Assembly: GCA_963796965.1 (NCBI GenBank)
Contig: CAWCNS010000009.1
Span: forward strand, 416,001-480,000
Source: Calditrichia bacterium
Lineage (GTDB): Bacteria; Calditrichota; Calditrichia; JAJRVZ01
Reading direction: 5' to 3'
Length of the DNA: 64,000 nt
Part shown: positions 21,675 to 31,881 of the stretch, piece after piece
Layout: the number at the start of each line of letters is the position of its first letter
Position numbering within the stretch: the stretch's first letter is position 1
Program-made: the position numbers and the translations under genes
Notes under the pieces: model-generated
What the model saw: only the letters and a program-made list of their open reading frames with translations
The model's database searches: none
Told to the model about the DNA's origin: nothing

Positions 21675-23207
21675 ATGAATGAAAATGAATTTTTTCGTCA
21701 GGCAACGTTAAGAGTATGTGGAAACCTGGAGATTGAAAAAGCCTTACAGTCCTGCCTTCTTTATATGAAGCAGGTATTACCTGTGGATATAATATTTTTG
21801 GAATATTATGATATCGATTATGGGGCCATGCGTACGATTGCCAAAGCGACCTCATCAGAATCTACTCTATTAGATCAGATCACGCCCTTATCCCGAGAGG
21901 CCAGACGTTCTGCCGAATTGAAGGAATTACCTTATAAGAATAATGTTTTTATTTACAAAGATCCGTATAAATACGCTATCAGCCGGGAGATGCTCCAGTT
22001 TCACAACATCACCTGCGCAGATTTGATGGTGATGAACCTGGTTGCCAATGATAAGGTATTGGGTGCTCTTGTTCTTATTTCGGAAAAGGAGAAATTTAAC
22101 GATCAACATGCTGATCTGGTGGCCCTGCTAAAGGATCCGTTTATTATTGCCATGGCCAATGCACTCAAGCATCGGGAAGTGCTCAAATTTAAAGATCTTT
22201 TAACTGATGATAACCGCTATTTGCATGGCGAATTGCGCCGGATTTCCGGAGATGAAATCATCGGTGCTAATTTTGGCTTAAGAGACGTGATGCATAAAGT
22301 ACAACAGGTGGCTGTATTGGATAGCCCGGTGTTACTGCTTGGTGAAACCGGTGTTGGAAAAGATGTCATTGCCAATGCGATCCACTATTCTTCAAACCGC
22401 AGTTCCAATCCCTTTGTCAGCGTTAATTGCGGCGCCATTCCTGATACCCTAATTGACAGTGAATTATTTGGTCATGAAAAGGGTGCCTTTACAGGCGCCT
22501 TGAGCCAAAAAAGAGGTCGTTTTGAACGGGCCAACGGTGGCACGATTTTTCTTGATGAAATTGGCGAATTGCCTCTTCAGGCTCAGGTTCGCCTTCTAAA
22601 AGTTTTACAGGATAAGGAAATTGAGCGCGTAGGCGGTATCAAAACGATTCCTCTGAATATCCGGATCATTGCTGCCACGAACCGCAACCTGGATGCAATG
22701 GTTAAATCAGGTCAATTTCGGGCAGATCTTCTCTTCCGGTTGAATGTTTTTCCAATTTGGATACCACCCCTCCGTGATCGAACAATGGATATTCCCACCC
22801 TGGTGCAGCACTTTATCAGCCTTAAATCCCGGGAGCTAAAATTAAAACGGATTCAAACAATATCCCCGGGAGAAATGGACCAATTAATGAATTATGCCTG
22901 GCCCGGTAACGTCAGAGAATTACAAAATGTCATTGAACGGGCATTGATACTTAATCCAACGGGCCCCCTTAAATTTGAGAATCTGCAAAGCGATCAAAAG
23001 AATGTTCAGGCAACAGTTGAACAGGCATTGCGCGAAGTGGTCTCTCTGGATGATTCCATTCGCCGCCATATTAAAGAGACCCTGGTTAAAACGAAAGGGA
23101 AAATTCATGGCAAAGGCGGGGCGGCGCAACTATTGGGTATTAACGCCAGTACCCTTAGAAACAGAATGAATAAACTAGGAATTATATATGGAAGGGAGAA
23201 TAAATGA
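21675..23207 (+). CDS. Sigma54-dependent transcriptional activator (GAF-like + AAA+ + Fis HTH; FhlA/NifA-like)
   Basis: GETGVGKD, ELFGHEKGAFTGA, FLDEIGE, WPGNVRELQN, AAQLLG; likely start MNENE at 21675. Confidence 0.95.
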   Translation: MNENEFFRQATLRVCGNLEIEKALQSCLLYMKQVLPVDIIFLEYYDIDYGAMRTIAKATSSESTLLDQITPLSREARRSAELKELPYKNNVFIYKDPYKYAISREMLQFHNITCADLMVMNLVANDKVLGALVLISEKEKFNDQHADLVALLKDPFIIAMANALKHREVLKFKDLLTDDNRYLHGELRRISGDEIIGANFGLRDVMHKVQQVAVLDSPVLLLGETGVGKDVIANAIHYSSNRSSNPFVSVNCGAIPDTLIDSELFGHEKGAFTGALSQKRGRFERANGGTIFLDEIGELPLQAQVRLLKVLQDKEIERVGGIKTIPLNIRIIAATNRNLDAMVKSGQFRADLLFRLNVFPIWIPPLRDRTMDIPTLVQHFISLKSRELKLKRIQTISPGEMDQLMNYAWPGNVRELQNVIERALILNPTGPLKFENLQSDQKNVQATVEQALREVVSLDDSIRRHIKETLVKTKGKIHGKGGAAQLLGINASTLRNRMNKLGIIYGRENK

Positions 23208-23644
23208 CCGATCTTTCTTTTACTTCCCAGGTCACTTTATACATTATCCTTTTTCTGATGGCATCCATGGCTTTAATCATTTTCATCTGGCAGCTGCAGG
23301 TCTGGCAGGGAAAGGCGATGAAAAATGCCGATGGTTCGGTGGACAGCTGGCAGGAACAAAAGATCCTCTATGGTGCTGCCCTGGCCGATCTGATTCTGGC
23401 CTGTCCCTTGACGATTACAGGTATAGTCCTAATATTTATCATTCCCAATTGGGGACATTTTTTATTGATCCTGGTCAGTTTCTGGTTTGTATGGGCCAAT
23501 ATCATGACTACGGCCACCAGTCTCCGTTTTGAAAATCCGCGGTTCACTCTCTATTGGATTGTGACATTTCCCTTTGGAATACTAATAGGGATAAGCTACC
23601 TGGTTTGGTTTATGATTCATTTTAGCATAATTGCATCTGGTTAA
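23204..23644 (+). CDS. Hypothetical 4-TM membrane protein
   Basis: Start overlaps the activator stop (ATGA); hydrophobic segments. Confidence 0.75.
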   Translation: MTDLSFTSQVTLYIILFLMASMALIIFIWQLQVWQGKAMKNADGSVDSWQEQKILYGAALADLILACPLTITGIVLIFIIPNWGHFLLILVSFWFVWANIMTTATSLRFENPRFTLYWIVTFPFGILIGISYLVWFMIHFSIIASG

Positions 23645-23742
23645 TATTTATATACTCTAATACAGGATCTCACCACCCTCCTGAAAAGAGGCCGTTGCAG
23701 ATTAGGGAGATATTAGGCAAATCACCGATCAAGGGAGTAGTT

Positions 23743-24165
23743 ATGGAAATTATTTGGGGAGTTCTGATAATTTTGTTTTCATTGATTGCATGGGTTGGCC
23801 AGTTAATATCAGCCATTTCCTCTGAAAAAGCCCAGGCACTTGGTCTGGCCGAAGAAGAATCTGATGTGGATCCCGTATTTCTAACCGATATCAAAGCGGA
23901 AGCTATCTGGGATTCACTGATGTTATGGACATTACCTTTAGCCGGAATTCTACTTATTATCAATCATCCTTGGTGGATCTATTTTGGATTAATTGGCGGA
24001 GGTAGCTACTTATATTTTGCCGGCCGGGGAATCATTGTGCGCATTATGATGCAGCGTAAAGGAATTCATATCGGTAATCCCTCAAATATTAAAACAGCCT
24101 ATATATTTTTAAGTATTTGGGGAATCATTGCTCTGACAACAATTGTGCTTGTTCTTATGAGATAG
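23743..24165 (+). CDS. Hypothetical 4-TM membrane protein
   Basis: GGAG upstream of MEIIWG; hydrophobic segments. Confidence 0.75.
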   Translation: MEIIWGVLIILFSLIAWVGQLISAISSEKAQALGLAEEESDVDPVFLTDIKAEAIWDSLMLWTLPLAGILLIINHPWWIYFGLIGGGSYLYFAGRGIIVRIMMQRKGIHIGNPSNIKTAYIFLSIWGIIALTTIVLVLMR

Positions 24166-24169
24166 GATT

Positions 24170-24397
24170 TTAACACAGAGTCCACAGAGAATGTCGAAGA
24201 GACTATAGGCAACTTTTCAAGAATATTAGATATTGGTTAATTCTAAATAGAAAAAGTCACGGTCAAGATCGCCGAGTTTTCTGGGACTTTTATTTATAAA
24301 TAACTCCGTGAACTCTGTGTGCTCCGTGGTTCAGAATGAGAGTATTTTTAACTCAAATTCGTGAAATTCGTTTTAATCCGTGGAATTCGTGGATAAA
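24170..24397. repeat. CACAGAG-type inverted arms followed by an AATTCGTG-type arm
   Basis: aacacagagtccacagag ... ctccgtgaactctgtgtgctccgtggtt; aattcgtgaaattcg...gaattcgtgg. Confidence 0.75.
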
Positions 24398-24703
24398 AAT
24401 CTGCAGCCCTTCCACGATCTAATAAAATGATCTAATATTGAATTGAATTTGTATTTAAATCATTTCCTTTCGTAATTTTTATAAGATACTCTTTTTTAGC
24501 CGAAATACTTATCTCATTCTCTAATCATTCTGATAATATTATTCAGAATGATTATCTTAGTGGAATTCCTGAAATTGATTTGCGTTTGAGATTAATACTG
24601 TTTTATTTCCTCAATAAGATTATGTCAAAACATAGTTTATTATCTCACACATTATTCATTTATATATGGTAACTAATATCCAAAATTCAAAGGATTATAA
24701 ATC

Positions 24704-27076
24704 ATGAGAAATTATATTATTAAATTCATCATGATAGTTCTATTCATCTCAGCATCGTGCGGCCATTCACTCCATGCCAATGATAAGAATATTTTCAATA
24801 TAGGTATCATAATCGATGGTCAATGGAGCAAAAATACTGAATATATTGCGATGATCAAATCTGAGATATTGGAATTAACCAGAAATGAATTTGATGTAAG
24901 GTTTCCGCAGGACAAACAGTTTGAGGGCGATTGGAAGATTCAACGTATTAAATCTGCTGTTGAAAATTTACTGGCAGACAAGGACGTTGATCTTGTGTTA
25001 ACACTTGGTGTTATTGCTTCTCATGAAATTGCCACCAGAAAAAAGTTAGAAAAACCGGTCATTGCGCCATTTGTATTAAATCCTCAGATTCAGGGTATCC
25101 CTCTCCAGGACGGAGAGAGTGGTAAAAAAAACCTTAGTTATATTCATACGCCCTTTACCTCCTTAAATACATTAAAGGATTTTCAACATGTGGTAGAATT
25201 TAGCACCATGACTTATTTGATTAATACATTGTATTTGGAAACTATCCCAGCGCTCGGTGAGAATATCAAAAGTCTTTGTGATCAATTGGGGATCAAGGTA
25301 CATATACTGGAAGTTGAAGAATCAATAGAAGCTGTTCTAAAAAATATTCCGGCAGAAACAGAAGCCGTTTATGTTTCACCGGTACTGCACTTAAAGGATT
25401 CTGAGTATGATCATCTGATTAAAACATTAAAGGTCAGAAAGTTGCCTAGTTTTTCTCTTCTCGGTACGGCTGATGTGCAACGTGGATTTTACACAACGAA
25501 CAGACCTGATATATTTCCCCGGGTAGCCCGACGCATTGCCCTTAATACGCAGAGGATTCTGATAGGCGATGACCCGGAAGAAATTCCGGTAAGATTTGAT
25601 CCCGGCGCACAGATTACCATCAATATGCAAACCGCCCGGGAGATCAATGCCTATCCTAAGGTCGATGTATTAACCGAGGCAGAATTAATCAATCAGGACC
25701 AGGATGAATTGGGGATGGTTTTAGCCCTTGAAGATGCAATCAACACGGCAATAAAGTCAAATCTGGATATCTCCGCAAGAAAAAAATACGTATTAGCCGG
25801 TTCTGAAAATATCGGAATCGCCCGTTCGCCCCTGCTTCCGCAGTTAGATATTCTGGGACAGGGTTTAATAATCGATGAGGATCGGGCGCAATCCAGTTTT
25901 GGATCGCAACCCGAGAAAATGGTCACAGGAACACTAAGTGCAACGCAACTCATATATTCAGAACCAGTCTGGGCCAATCTTTCCATACAAAATTCATTTC
26001 AGGATGTCCGCGAGGATGAATATAATCAAACTGAGTTAGATCTTCTCCTGGAAGCGGCCACCGCATTTTTCGATGTACTGCGTATACAAAACATCGAGAA
26101 TATTGAAAAGGAAAATTTGAAACGAACCAAGTCTAACCTGGAAATGGCCCGGGTCAGAGAGGCTGCGGGAAGTGCAGGTCCGGCAGAAGTATATCGCTGG
26201 GAGAGTCAATTGGCTCAAAACCGCAATGTTGTTATTCAGGTGCTGGCCAGTAAAAATGTTGCCCGAATCAATTTAAACCGGATCCTGAACCGGAAATTGG
26301 ATCAATCCCATCTGTTTAATGAACATAATCTTTATACCGATGAGCTGGCAAAAGACAATAATGTTTTTAAAAGGTATTTATCCAATCTGAAAACCTTTGA
26401 TATTCTTCCCGATTTTCTCGTAAAAGAGGGTATGGCCAATTCCCCGGAACTTTCTGCCTTACAAAATGCAATTAATGCCCGTGACCGCGCTTTGACATCA
26501 GCGACAAACAGTTTTTGGGCCCCCACATTGGCAGTTCAGGCAGATTATACCAATGTTTTTTTCCGCTCCGGTGCCGGGAGCGAATACCAGTCCTTTTTTC
26601 CAAATCAGATCCAACCTGATGATCAATTCTGGTCTGTTGCATTGAATTTCTCATTCCCTTTGTTTCATGGGGCAGAACGGTTTGCGCAACGAAGACAATC
26701 CAATGATGAATTGGATCAGTTGCAAATTGAATACAATTCCGTTGCCCAAAAGATTGAGCAGCAGATCAGATCAAGAATTTATATTGTTGGGGCTGCCTTT
26801 GCCGCAATTGAGCAGACCAGACTGGCTTCCGAAGCGGCCAATAAATCCTTAAACGTTGTCCAGGACAGCTATGCGCAGGGGTTGGTATCAATCCTTGATT
26901 TACTCGATGCTCAGAATACGGCGCTTATTGCCGATGAGCTGGCCGCCACTGCCGTGTTTGATTTTATTTTAGAATTAATGGCAACAGAGAGAGCCCTTGG
27001 TAAGTTTTATCTGAAAATGAGTGATGAGGAGATTGAGGCATTGCAGGGTCGGTTAGAAGTCTATCTGGCGAAATGA
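24704..27076 (+). CDS. TolC-family outer membrane efflux protein with an N-terminal ABC substrate-binding-like domain
   Basis: C-terminal two OEP repeats (LEDAINTAIKSNLD..PLLPQL; YAQGLVSILDLLDAQ); N-terminal about 330 aa with GDDPEEIPV..INMQTAREI typical of ABC_sub_bind. Confidence 0.88.
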   Translation: MRNYIIKFIMIVLFISASCGHSLHANDKNIFNIGIIIDGQWSKNTEYIAMIKSEILELTRNEFDVRFPQDKQFEGDWKIQRIKSAVENLLADKDVDLVLTLGVIASHEIATRKKLEKPVIAPFVLNPQIQGIPLQDGESGKKNLSYIHTPFTSLNTLKDFQHVVEFSTMTYLINTLYLETIPALGENIKSLCDQLGIKVHILEVEESIEAVLKNIPAETEAVYVSPVLHLKDSEYDHLIKTLKVRKLPSFSLLGTADVQRGFYTTNRPDIFPRVARRIALNTQRILIGDDPEEIPVRFDPGAQITINMQTAREINAYPKVDVLTEAELINQDQDELGMVLALEDAINTAIKSNLDISARKKYVLAGSENIGIARSPLLPQLDILGQGLIIDEDRAQSSFGSQPEKMVTGTLSATQLIYSEPVWANLSIQNSFQDVREDEYNQTELDLLLEAATAFFDVLRIQNIENIEKENLKRTKSNLEMARVREAAGSAGPAEVYRWESQLAQNRNVVIQVLASKNVARINLNRILNRKLDQSHLFNEHNLYTDELAKDNNVFKRYLSNLKTFDILPDFLVKEGMANSPELSALQNAINARDRALTSATNSFWAPTLAVQADYTNVFFRSGAGSEYQSFFPNQIQPDDQFWSVALNFSFPLFHGAERFAQRRQSNDELDQLQIEYNSVAQKIEQQIRSRIYIVGAAFAAIEQTRLASEAANKSLNVVQDSYAQGLVSILDLLDAQNTALIADELAATAVFDFILELMATERALGKFYLKMSDEEIEALQGRLEVYLAK

Positions 27077-27087
27077 TTATAAAAAAG

Positions 27088-27410
27088 TCCACGAATTACA
27101 CTAATTTTTTCGAATTTTACAAAAAAAAATAAGGGTTTTCATTCAGAAAGATGTTCAAATTATATACTAACTATTAAATCCTTTAGTCATCATCTTGAAA
27201 AGATCTTCCTTCGTGTCGAATCAGATCTGTCAAGCAGGAAGATCCCTCCAGGATGACACCATTAATGCAAAATGCAACATGAAAAATCAAAAAGTTCTGG
27301 AATTTGCTATAATCAGTGTTATTAGCGACACAATTTCGTGAAATTCGCCAAAATTAGTGTAATTCGTGGAACAAATTCGTGGACAAAAAAGCCCCCTCAT
27401 AGTAAGGAGG
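27088..27410. repeat. CACGAATT-type inverted arms enclosing a GTCAT...ATGACA element (27186-27258)
   Basis: tccacgaattacactaatt ... aattagtgtaattcgtgga; lies inside the efflux operon. Confidence 0.8.
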
Positions 27411-27415
27411 AAACT

Positions 27416-28519
27416 ATGTTAGAACAAAAATTTTTAAGCCGTATATTCTTGCCCCTATTAATAATCCTACTGATTTCATCCTGCCAGAAAGAACAGGAAA
27501 AAATCGAGGTGATAAGACCGGTACGGACGGAACAGGTATTCTCTACGGGCAGGGCTCGTTCCCGGATTTTCACGGGGATGGTAAAATCCGGCAGTGAATC
27601 ACGACTTAGTTTCAAAGTACCGGGAACCGTTCAGCAGGTGGCAGTAGAAATTGGCGATAAGGTAAACAGCGGTGCTTTGCTGGCCAAACTTGATCCCACC
27701 GATTATGATATCCAGGTAAAGGAAGCTGAAAATGCCAGAGATCTGGCCCGGGCCGGCGAGGTTCAGGCCAAAGCCAATTATGACCGAATAAGAACCCTTT
27801 ATGAAAATCGCACTGCCTCAAAAAGTGCCCTGGAGGCAGCACGTGCCGCTTACGAATCTGCCCATGAACAGGATAATATTGCAAAAAAAAGACGCAAGTT
27901 AGCCAGACGACAATTGGAATATACAGAATTACGGGCCCCGGTGGCAGGGGCCGTCTCCGATGTGAGAATTGAAGAGAATGAAAATGTTCAACCCGGTCAA
28001 ACCGCCATCATTTATACATCAGGGTCGAAATTGGAAGTCCAGGTAACCATGCCCGAATTATTAATCGCCCAGGTTAAAGAAGGGAATGAAGTGAGCGTAT
28101 CTCTTGATGCTGTGGCTGGAAAGTCATTCACAGCACGGGTGACGGAAGTGGGCATATCATCAACCTCCTATGCAACCACCTATCCTGTAATTGTTCAATT
28201 GGGGGAGAAGGATCCGGGTGTCCGGCCGGGAATGGCCGCAGAAGTTACTTTTGAATTTAAGGGCAGTGATGACCGGGCAAACATAATCGTCCCTCCCGTG
28301 GCAGTTGGAGAGGATCGCCTGGGTCGATTTGTATTCGTGGTGGAACCTGCCGATTCGGGACTTGGAATTGTTCACAAAAAAGCAGTTGCTGTCGGAGAAT
28401 TGCATTCTGAAGGCCTCGTTATCCTCGAGGGACTTAATGATGGGGACCATCTTGTTATTGCAGGCGTTTCAAAGATTATCGACGGACAAAAAGTAAAGTT
28501 TGACAGAGCGGAGAATTAA
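27416..28519 (+). CDS. RND efflux periplasmic adaptor (MFP), lipoprotein
   Basis: LSFKVPG, ELRAPVAG, RPGMAA; lipobox ISSC; AAGGAGG upstream of ATG 27416. Confidence 0.93.
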   Translation: MLEQKFLSRIFLPLLIILLISSCQKEQEKIEVIRPVRTEQVFSTGRARSRIFTGMVKSGSESRLSFKVPGTVQQVAVEIGDKVNSGALLAKLDPTDYDIQVKEAENARDLARAGEVQAKANYDRIRTLYENRTASKSALEAARAAYESAHEQDNIAKKRRKLARRQLEYTELRAPVAGAVSDVRIEENENVQPGQTAIIYTSGSKLEVQVTMPELLIAQVKEGNEVSVSLDAVAGKSFTARVTEVGISSTSYATTYPVIVQLGEKDPGVRPGMAAEVTFEFKGSDDRANIIVPPVAVGEDRLGRFVFVVEPADSGLGIVHKKAVAVGELHSEGLVILEGLNDGDHLVIAGVSKIIDGQKVKFDRAEN

Positions 28520-28522
28520 CAG

Positions 28523-31500
28523 ATGAATATCACTCAATTTTCAATTGAAAAAAAACGTGTTCTGTTTACCTTCTTATTTGTCATTTTTGTAACCGGTATA
28601 ATGACTTATATGAATATGCCCCGTTCCGAAGATCCCGGATTTGTAATTAAAAATGCGGTGGTTCTAACTTATTTTCCCGGTGCCAGCCCGGAACGTGTTG
28701 AGTTGCTGATAACAGATAAATTGGAAAAAACCATACAGGAAATGCCGGAACTCGATAATATTATGAGTGAATCTAAACCCGGACTTTCCATTGTATATGT
28801 CAATATACAGGAAAAGTACCGGGTAATGAGACCCATATGGGATAATCTGAGGCGAAAAGTTAATGCGGCAAAACAGGATTTGCCTAAGGGCATTTATGGT
28901 CCTTTTGTCAATGATGAATTCGGAGATGTCTTTGGTTCACAAATCAGTATTACCGGGGAGGGATATACCTACGCAGAATTGAAGCAGATAGCCGATGAAT
29001 GCCGTAATGAGTTATTATTAATTCCGGAAGCAGCAAAAGTTGAAATTACAGGTGCACAAGAAGAACGGGTTTTTGTTGAATTTAATAATGCCCGCCTGGC
29101 TGAAATTGGCATATCCCCCGGTCAATTGAGCCAGATTCTGCAATCCCGGAATATAATTTTTCCGGGAGGAGAAATATTTACTGATGATGAACAGATGATA
29201 CTGGAGCCCAGTGGAAATTTCGAGTCCATAGAAGAACTTCGCCAAACCGTTATCAGACATCCACAGAAAAACAACCTTATCTATTTTGGTGATATTGCCT
29301 ATATACATCGCGGTTATATAGATCCACCCGCCTCCAAGGCGACCCATAACGGTGATCCCGCCTTGGTTCTGGGGGTTAGTTTGAGAGAAGGTGGTAATAT
29401 TATCGTTCTGGGTGAAGATATAAACAAAAAAGTGGAGCGTTTTAAAGAGGTTTATCCCATTGGCGTTGATTTTAATATCATTTATAGCCAGCCTTATTAT
29501 GTACAAAAGAAAATTGACGAATTTACAAACAGCCTGCTGCAGGCCATAGCGATAGTCATTGTCGTGATGCTCATTTTCCTTGGCTTGCGGACGGGTTTGA
29601 TTATATCCAGCCTAATTCCAATGTCAATTCTGATGTCCATCATGATTATGGGATTCTTCAATATTGGTCTTGATCAAATGACCATCGCTGCGCTCATAAT
29701 ATCCCTCGGTTTGTTAGTAGATAATGCCATTGTCATGTCGGAATCCATTATGGTGGGCATCAGTGAAGGGAAAAAAGCCATGAAAGCGGCCATGGATTCG
29801 GCCAAAGAATTACGGGTTCCTTTACTGACCTCTTCCCTTACCACCGCTGCTGCTTTTTTACCCATTTATCTGGCTGAGTCTTCTACCGGAGAATATGCCG
29901 GTCCTATTTTCAAGGTGGTTGCCATAACCCTGATAAGTTCCTGGATATTATCTCTGACCATGACGCCTTTGATGTGTGTTTTATTCCTTAAAGTAAAAAG
30001 ACATAATGAGGGATATTCCAACAGGTTTTATCAATTTTATTCAAACTCGTTGCTCCCCATGTTAAAACATCCCATTTTGACAATTGCCGCTACTTTTCTG
30101 ATTTTTTTTGGCACGATGCAGTTAGGACCCTATATACCAAGCATATTTTTCCCGCCTAATGACAAAGCAGTCATGTATGCCGAATTTCGTCTGCCCGTAG
30201 GTACACCCCTGAGCAAAACCGAGAACATGATCTATAAAGTAGAAGAATTTTTTAAGAATAATATGATAGCCGACTATGATGAGGAGGGAAACATTGTCAA
30301 AGATGGTATCATTGACTGGACTTCTTTTATCGGTTCCGGGGCTCCAAGATTCTATCTTTCTCTTATGGCTGAACAGCAAAGCCCGGAATATGCCTATATC
30401 CAGATAAATGTGACCGACCGCTGGAAAATGGATTTTGATTTCAGACCGGCCATAGAAAATTTCTGTCTTGAACATTTCCCCGATTTAAATTTGGTGGTCT
30501 CACCACTTCTGCTTGGTCCGCCTGTCGCTGCCCCGCTGCAGATTCGTGTTTCCGGATACGAAACGGATGAGGTATTTGATCTGGCAGATAAGGTTGAAGC
30601 GGTCATGGCCTCTATTCCAGGAATTACTGAAATCCGTAATGACTGGGGTGCCCGTACTAAAAAAATTCTGGTAAAGATCAATCAGCCCAGAGCACGCCGG
30701 GCCGGGCTTACCAGCCAGGATGTTGCCCTTTCCTTACAGTCAATTCTTAGTGGTATTCAAACCACCGAGTATCGTGAGGGCGATGAATCCATCCCGGTCA
30801 TTCTCCGGTCTGAGAGCGGCGACAGAAAAGACATCGGCAAATTGGAATCCCATAAAATTTATGTCCAGGCGACAGGACAGTCCGTTCCCCTTCTACAGGT
30901 GGCCGATATAGAAGTGGCCTTTCAGCCATCAAAAATTAAAAGACGCAACCGTCTTAAAACAGTAACAGTAAGTGGCTATACCCTTCCCGGATATAATGCC
31001 ATTGCACTTACCCAGGAAGTTGATAAAATTTTAGCCGAAGACAAAAAAAATTGGCCAATTGGTTATTTATATGAACTTGGAGGTGAGTTTGAGTCGTCAG
31101 GAAAGGCCAACGAATCCCTTGGCGCAAAATTCCCTATCGCTTTTCTTATAATTGTATTGTTGTTGGTCGGGCAATTTGACTCTATACGCCGACCCGTGAT
31201 TATCCTGTTGACAATTCCCCTCGGTATGGTAGGCGTATTTATTGGCTTGTTTATTACACAGGAACCGCTGGGATTCATGGCCATATTGGGAGTTATTTCG
31301 CTGGCCGGGATTGTAATCAACAATGCCATTGTCTTGATAGACCGGATTAAAATTGAAATCGAAGAACATGGTTTGGCTCCGGCCCAGGCAATAATTCAAG
31401 CGGCTAAGAGAAGAATCAGACCAATTTTGCTCACCACGGCCACCACTATTGGCGGATTGATACCACTCTGGCTTGGCGGTGGTGCCATGTTCCGCTCCAT

Positions 31501-31621
31501 GGCTGTGGCCATTATCTTTGGGCTGCTTTTTGCAACGCTTTTTACGTTGGGATTTGTCCCGGTGATGTACCGGATCTTTTTCAGGGTGAGATTTAAGGAT
31601 TATAAGGTGGGGGAGAGTTAA
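28523..31621 (+). CDS. RND efflux permease (AcrB/AcrD/AcrF family)
   Basis: 1032 aa; GLLVDNAIV, GIVINNAIVL, RIRPILLT. Confidence 0.96.
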   Translation: MNITQFSIEKKRVLFTFLFVIFVTGIMTYMNMPRSEDPGFVIKNAVVLTYFPGASPERVELLITDKLEKTIQEMPELDNIMSESKPGLSIVYVNIQEKYRVMRPIWDNLRRKVNAAKQDLPKGIYGPFVNDEFGDVFGSQISITGEGYTYAELKQIADECRNELLLIPEAAKVEITGAQEERVFVEFNNARLAEIGISPGQLSQILQSRNIIFPGGEIFTDDEQMILEPSGNFESIEELRQTVIRHPQKNNLIYFGDIAYIHRGYIDPPASKATHNGDPALVLGVSLREGGNIIVLGEDINKKVERFKEVYPIGVDFNIIYSQPYYVQKKIDEFTNSLLQAIAIVIVVMLIFLGLRTGLIISSLIPMSILMSIMIMGFFNIGLDQMTIAALIISLGLLVDNAIVMSESIMVGISEGKKAMKAAMDSAKELRVPLLTSSLTTAAAFLPIYLAESSTGEYAGPIFKVVAITLISSWILSLTMTPLMCVLFLKVKRHNEGYSNRFYQFYSNSLLPMLKHPILTIAATFLIFFGTMQLGPYIPSIFFPPNDKAVMYAEFRLPVGTPLSKTENMIYKVEEFFKNNMIADYDEEGNIVKDGIIDWTSFIGSGAPRFYLSLMAEQQSPEYAYIQINVTDRWKMDFDFRPAIENFCLEHFPDLNLVVSPLLLGPPVAAPLQIRVSGYETDEVFDLADKVEAVMASIPGITEIRNDWGARTKKILVKINQPRARRAGLTSQDVALSLQSILSGIQTTEYREGDESIPVILRSESGDRKDIGKLESHKIYVQATGQSVPLLQVADIEVAFQPSKIKRRNRLKTVTVSGYTLPGYNAIALTQEVDKILAEDKKNWPIGYLYELGGEFESSGKANESLGAKFPIAFLIIVLLLVGQFDSIRRPVIILLTIPLGMVGVFIGLFITQEPLGFMAILGVISLAGIVINNAIVLIDRIKIEIEEHGLAPAQAIIQAAKRRIRPILLTTATTIGGLIPLWLGGGAMFRSMAVAIIFGLLFATLFTLGFVPVMYRIFFRVRFKDYKVGES

Positions 31622-31632
31622 AAACGATCTGT

Positions 31633-31800
31633 TCAGACTGTATTTATTGCATAAATATTAACGGATTCTTTTTTTCCTTTTAAAAGAATATCCCCAAGAA
31701 ACTCAAAACCATAATCTGTTTGTCCATTAAAATTATTTTTCAATTCTTCTGAAACAAGTAATTTTTGTTGATATTGATTGCATTGATCCTGTATGCGGCA
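31633..31800 (-). pseudogene. C-terminal remnant of a class III adenylate/guanylate cyclase
   Basis: Hand translation CRIQDQCNQYQQKLLVSEEL...LGDILLKGKKESVNIYAINTV*; in-frame stops upstream. Confidence 0.65.
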
Positions 31801-31881
31801 GCAAAGATATCTTCATCACCGCTGCTATAAAATACATTATCTTCGACCAAGAGCAAATCTATAAAAAAACCTATGATAGCA

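Noticed and set aside
29018..31399. Antisense ORFs within the RND permease and other long genes
   Set aside because: Shadow ORFs opposite well-supported genes, with no motifs.
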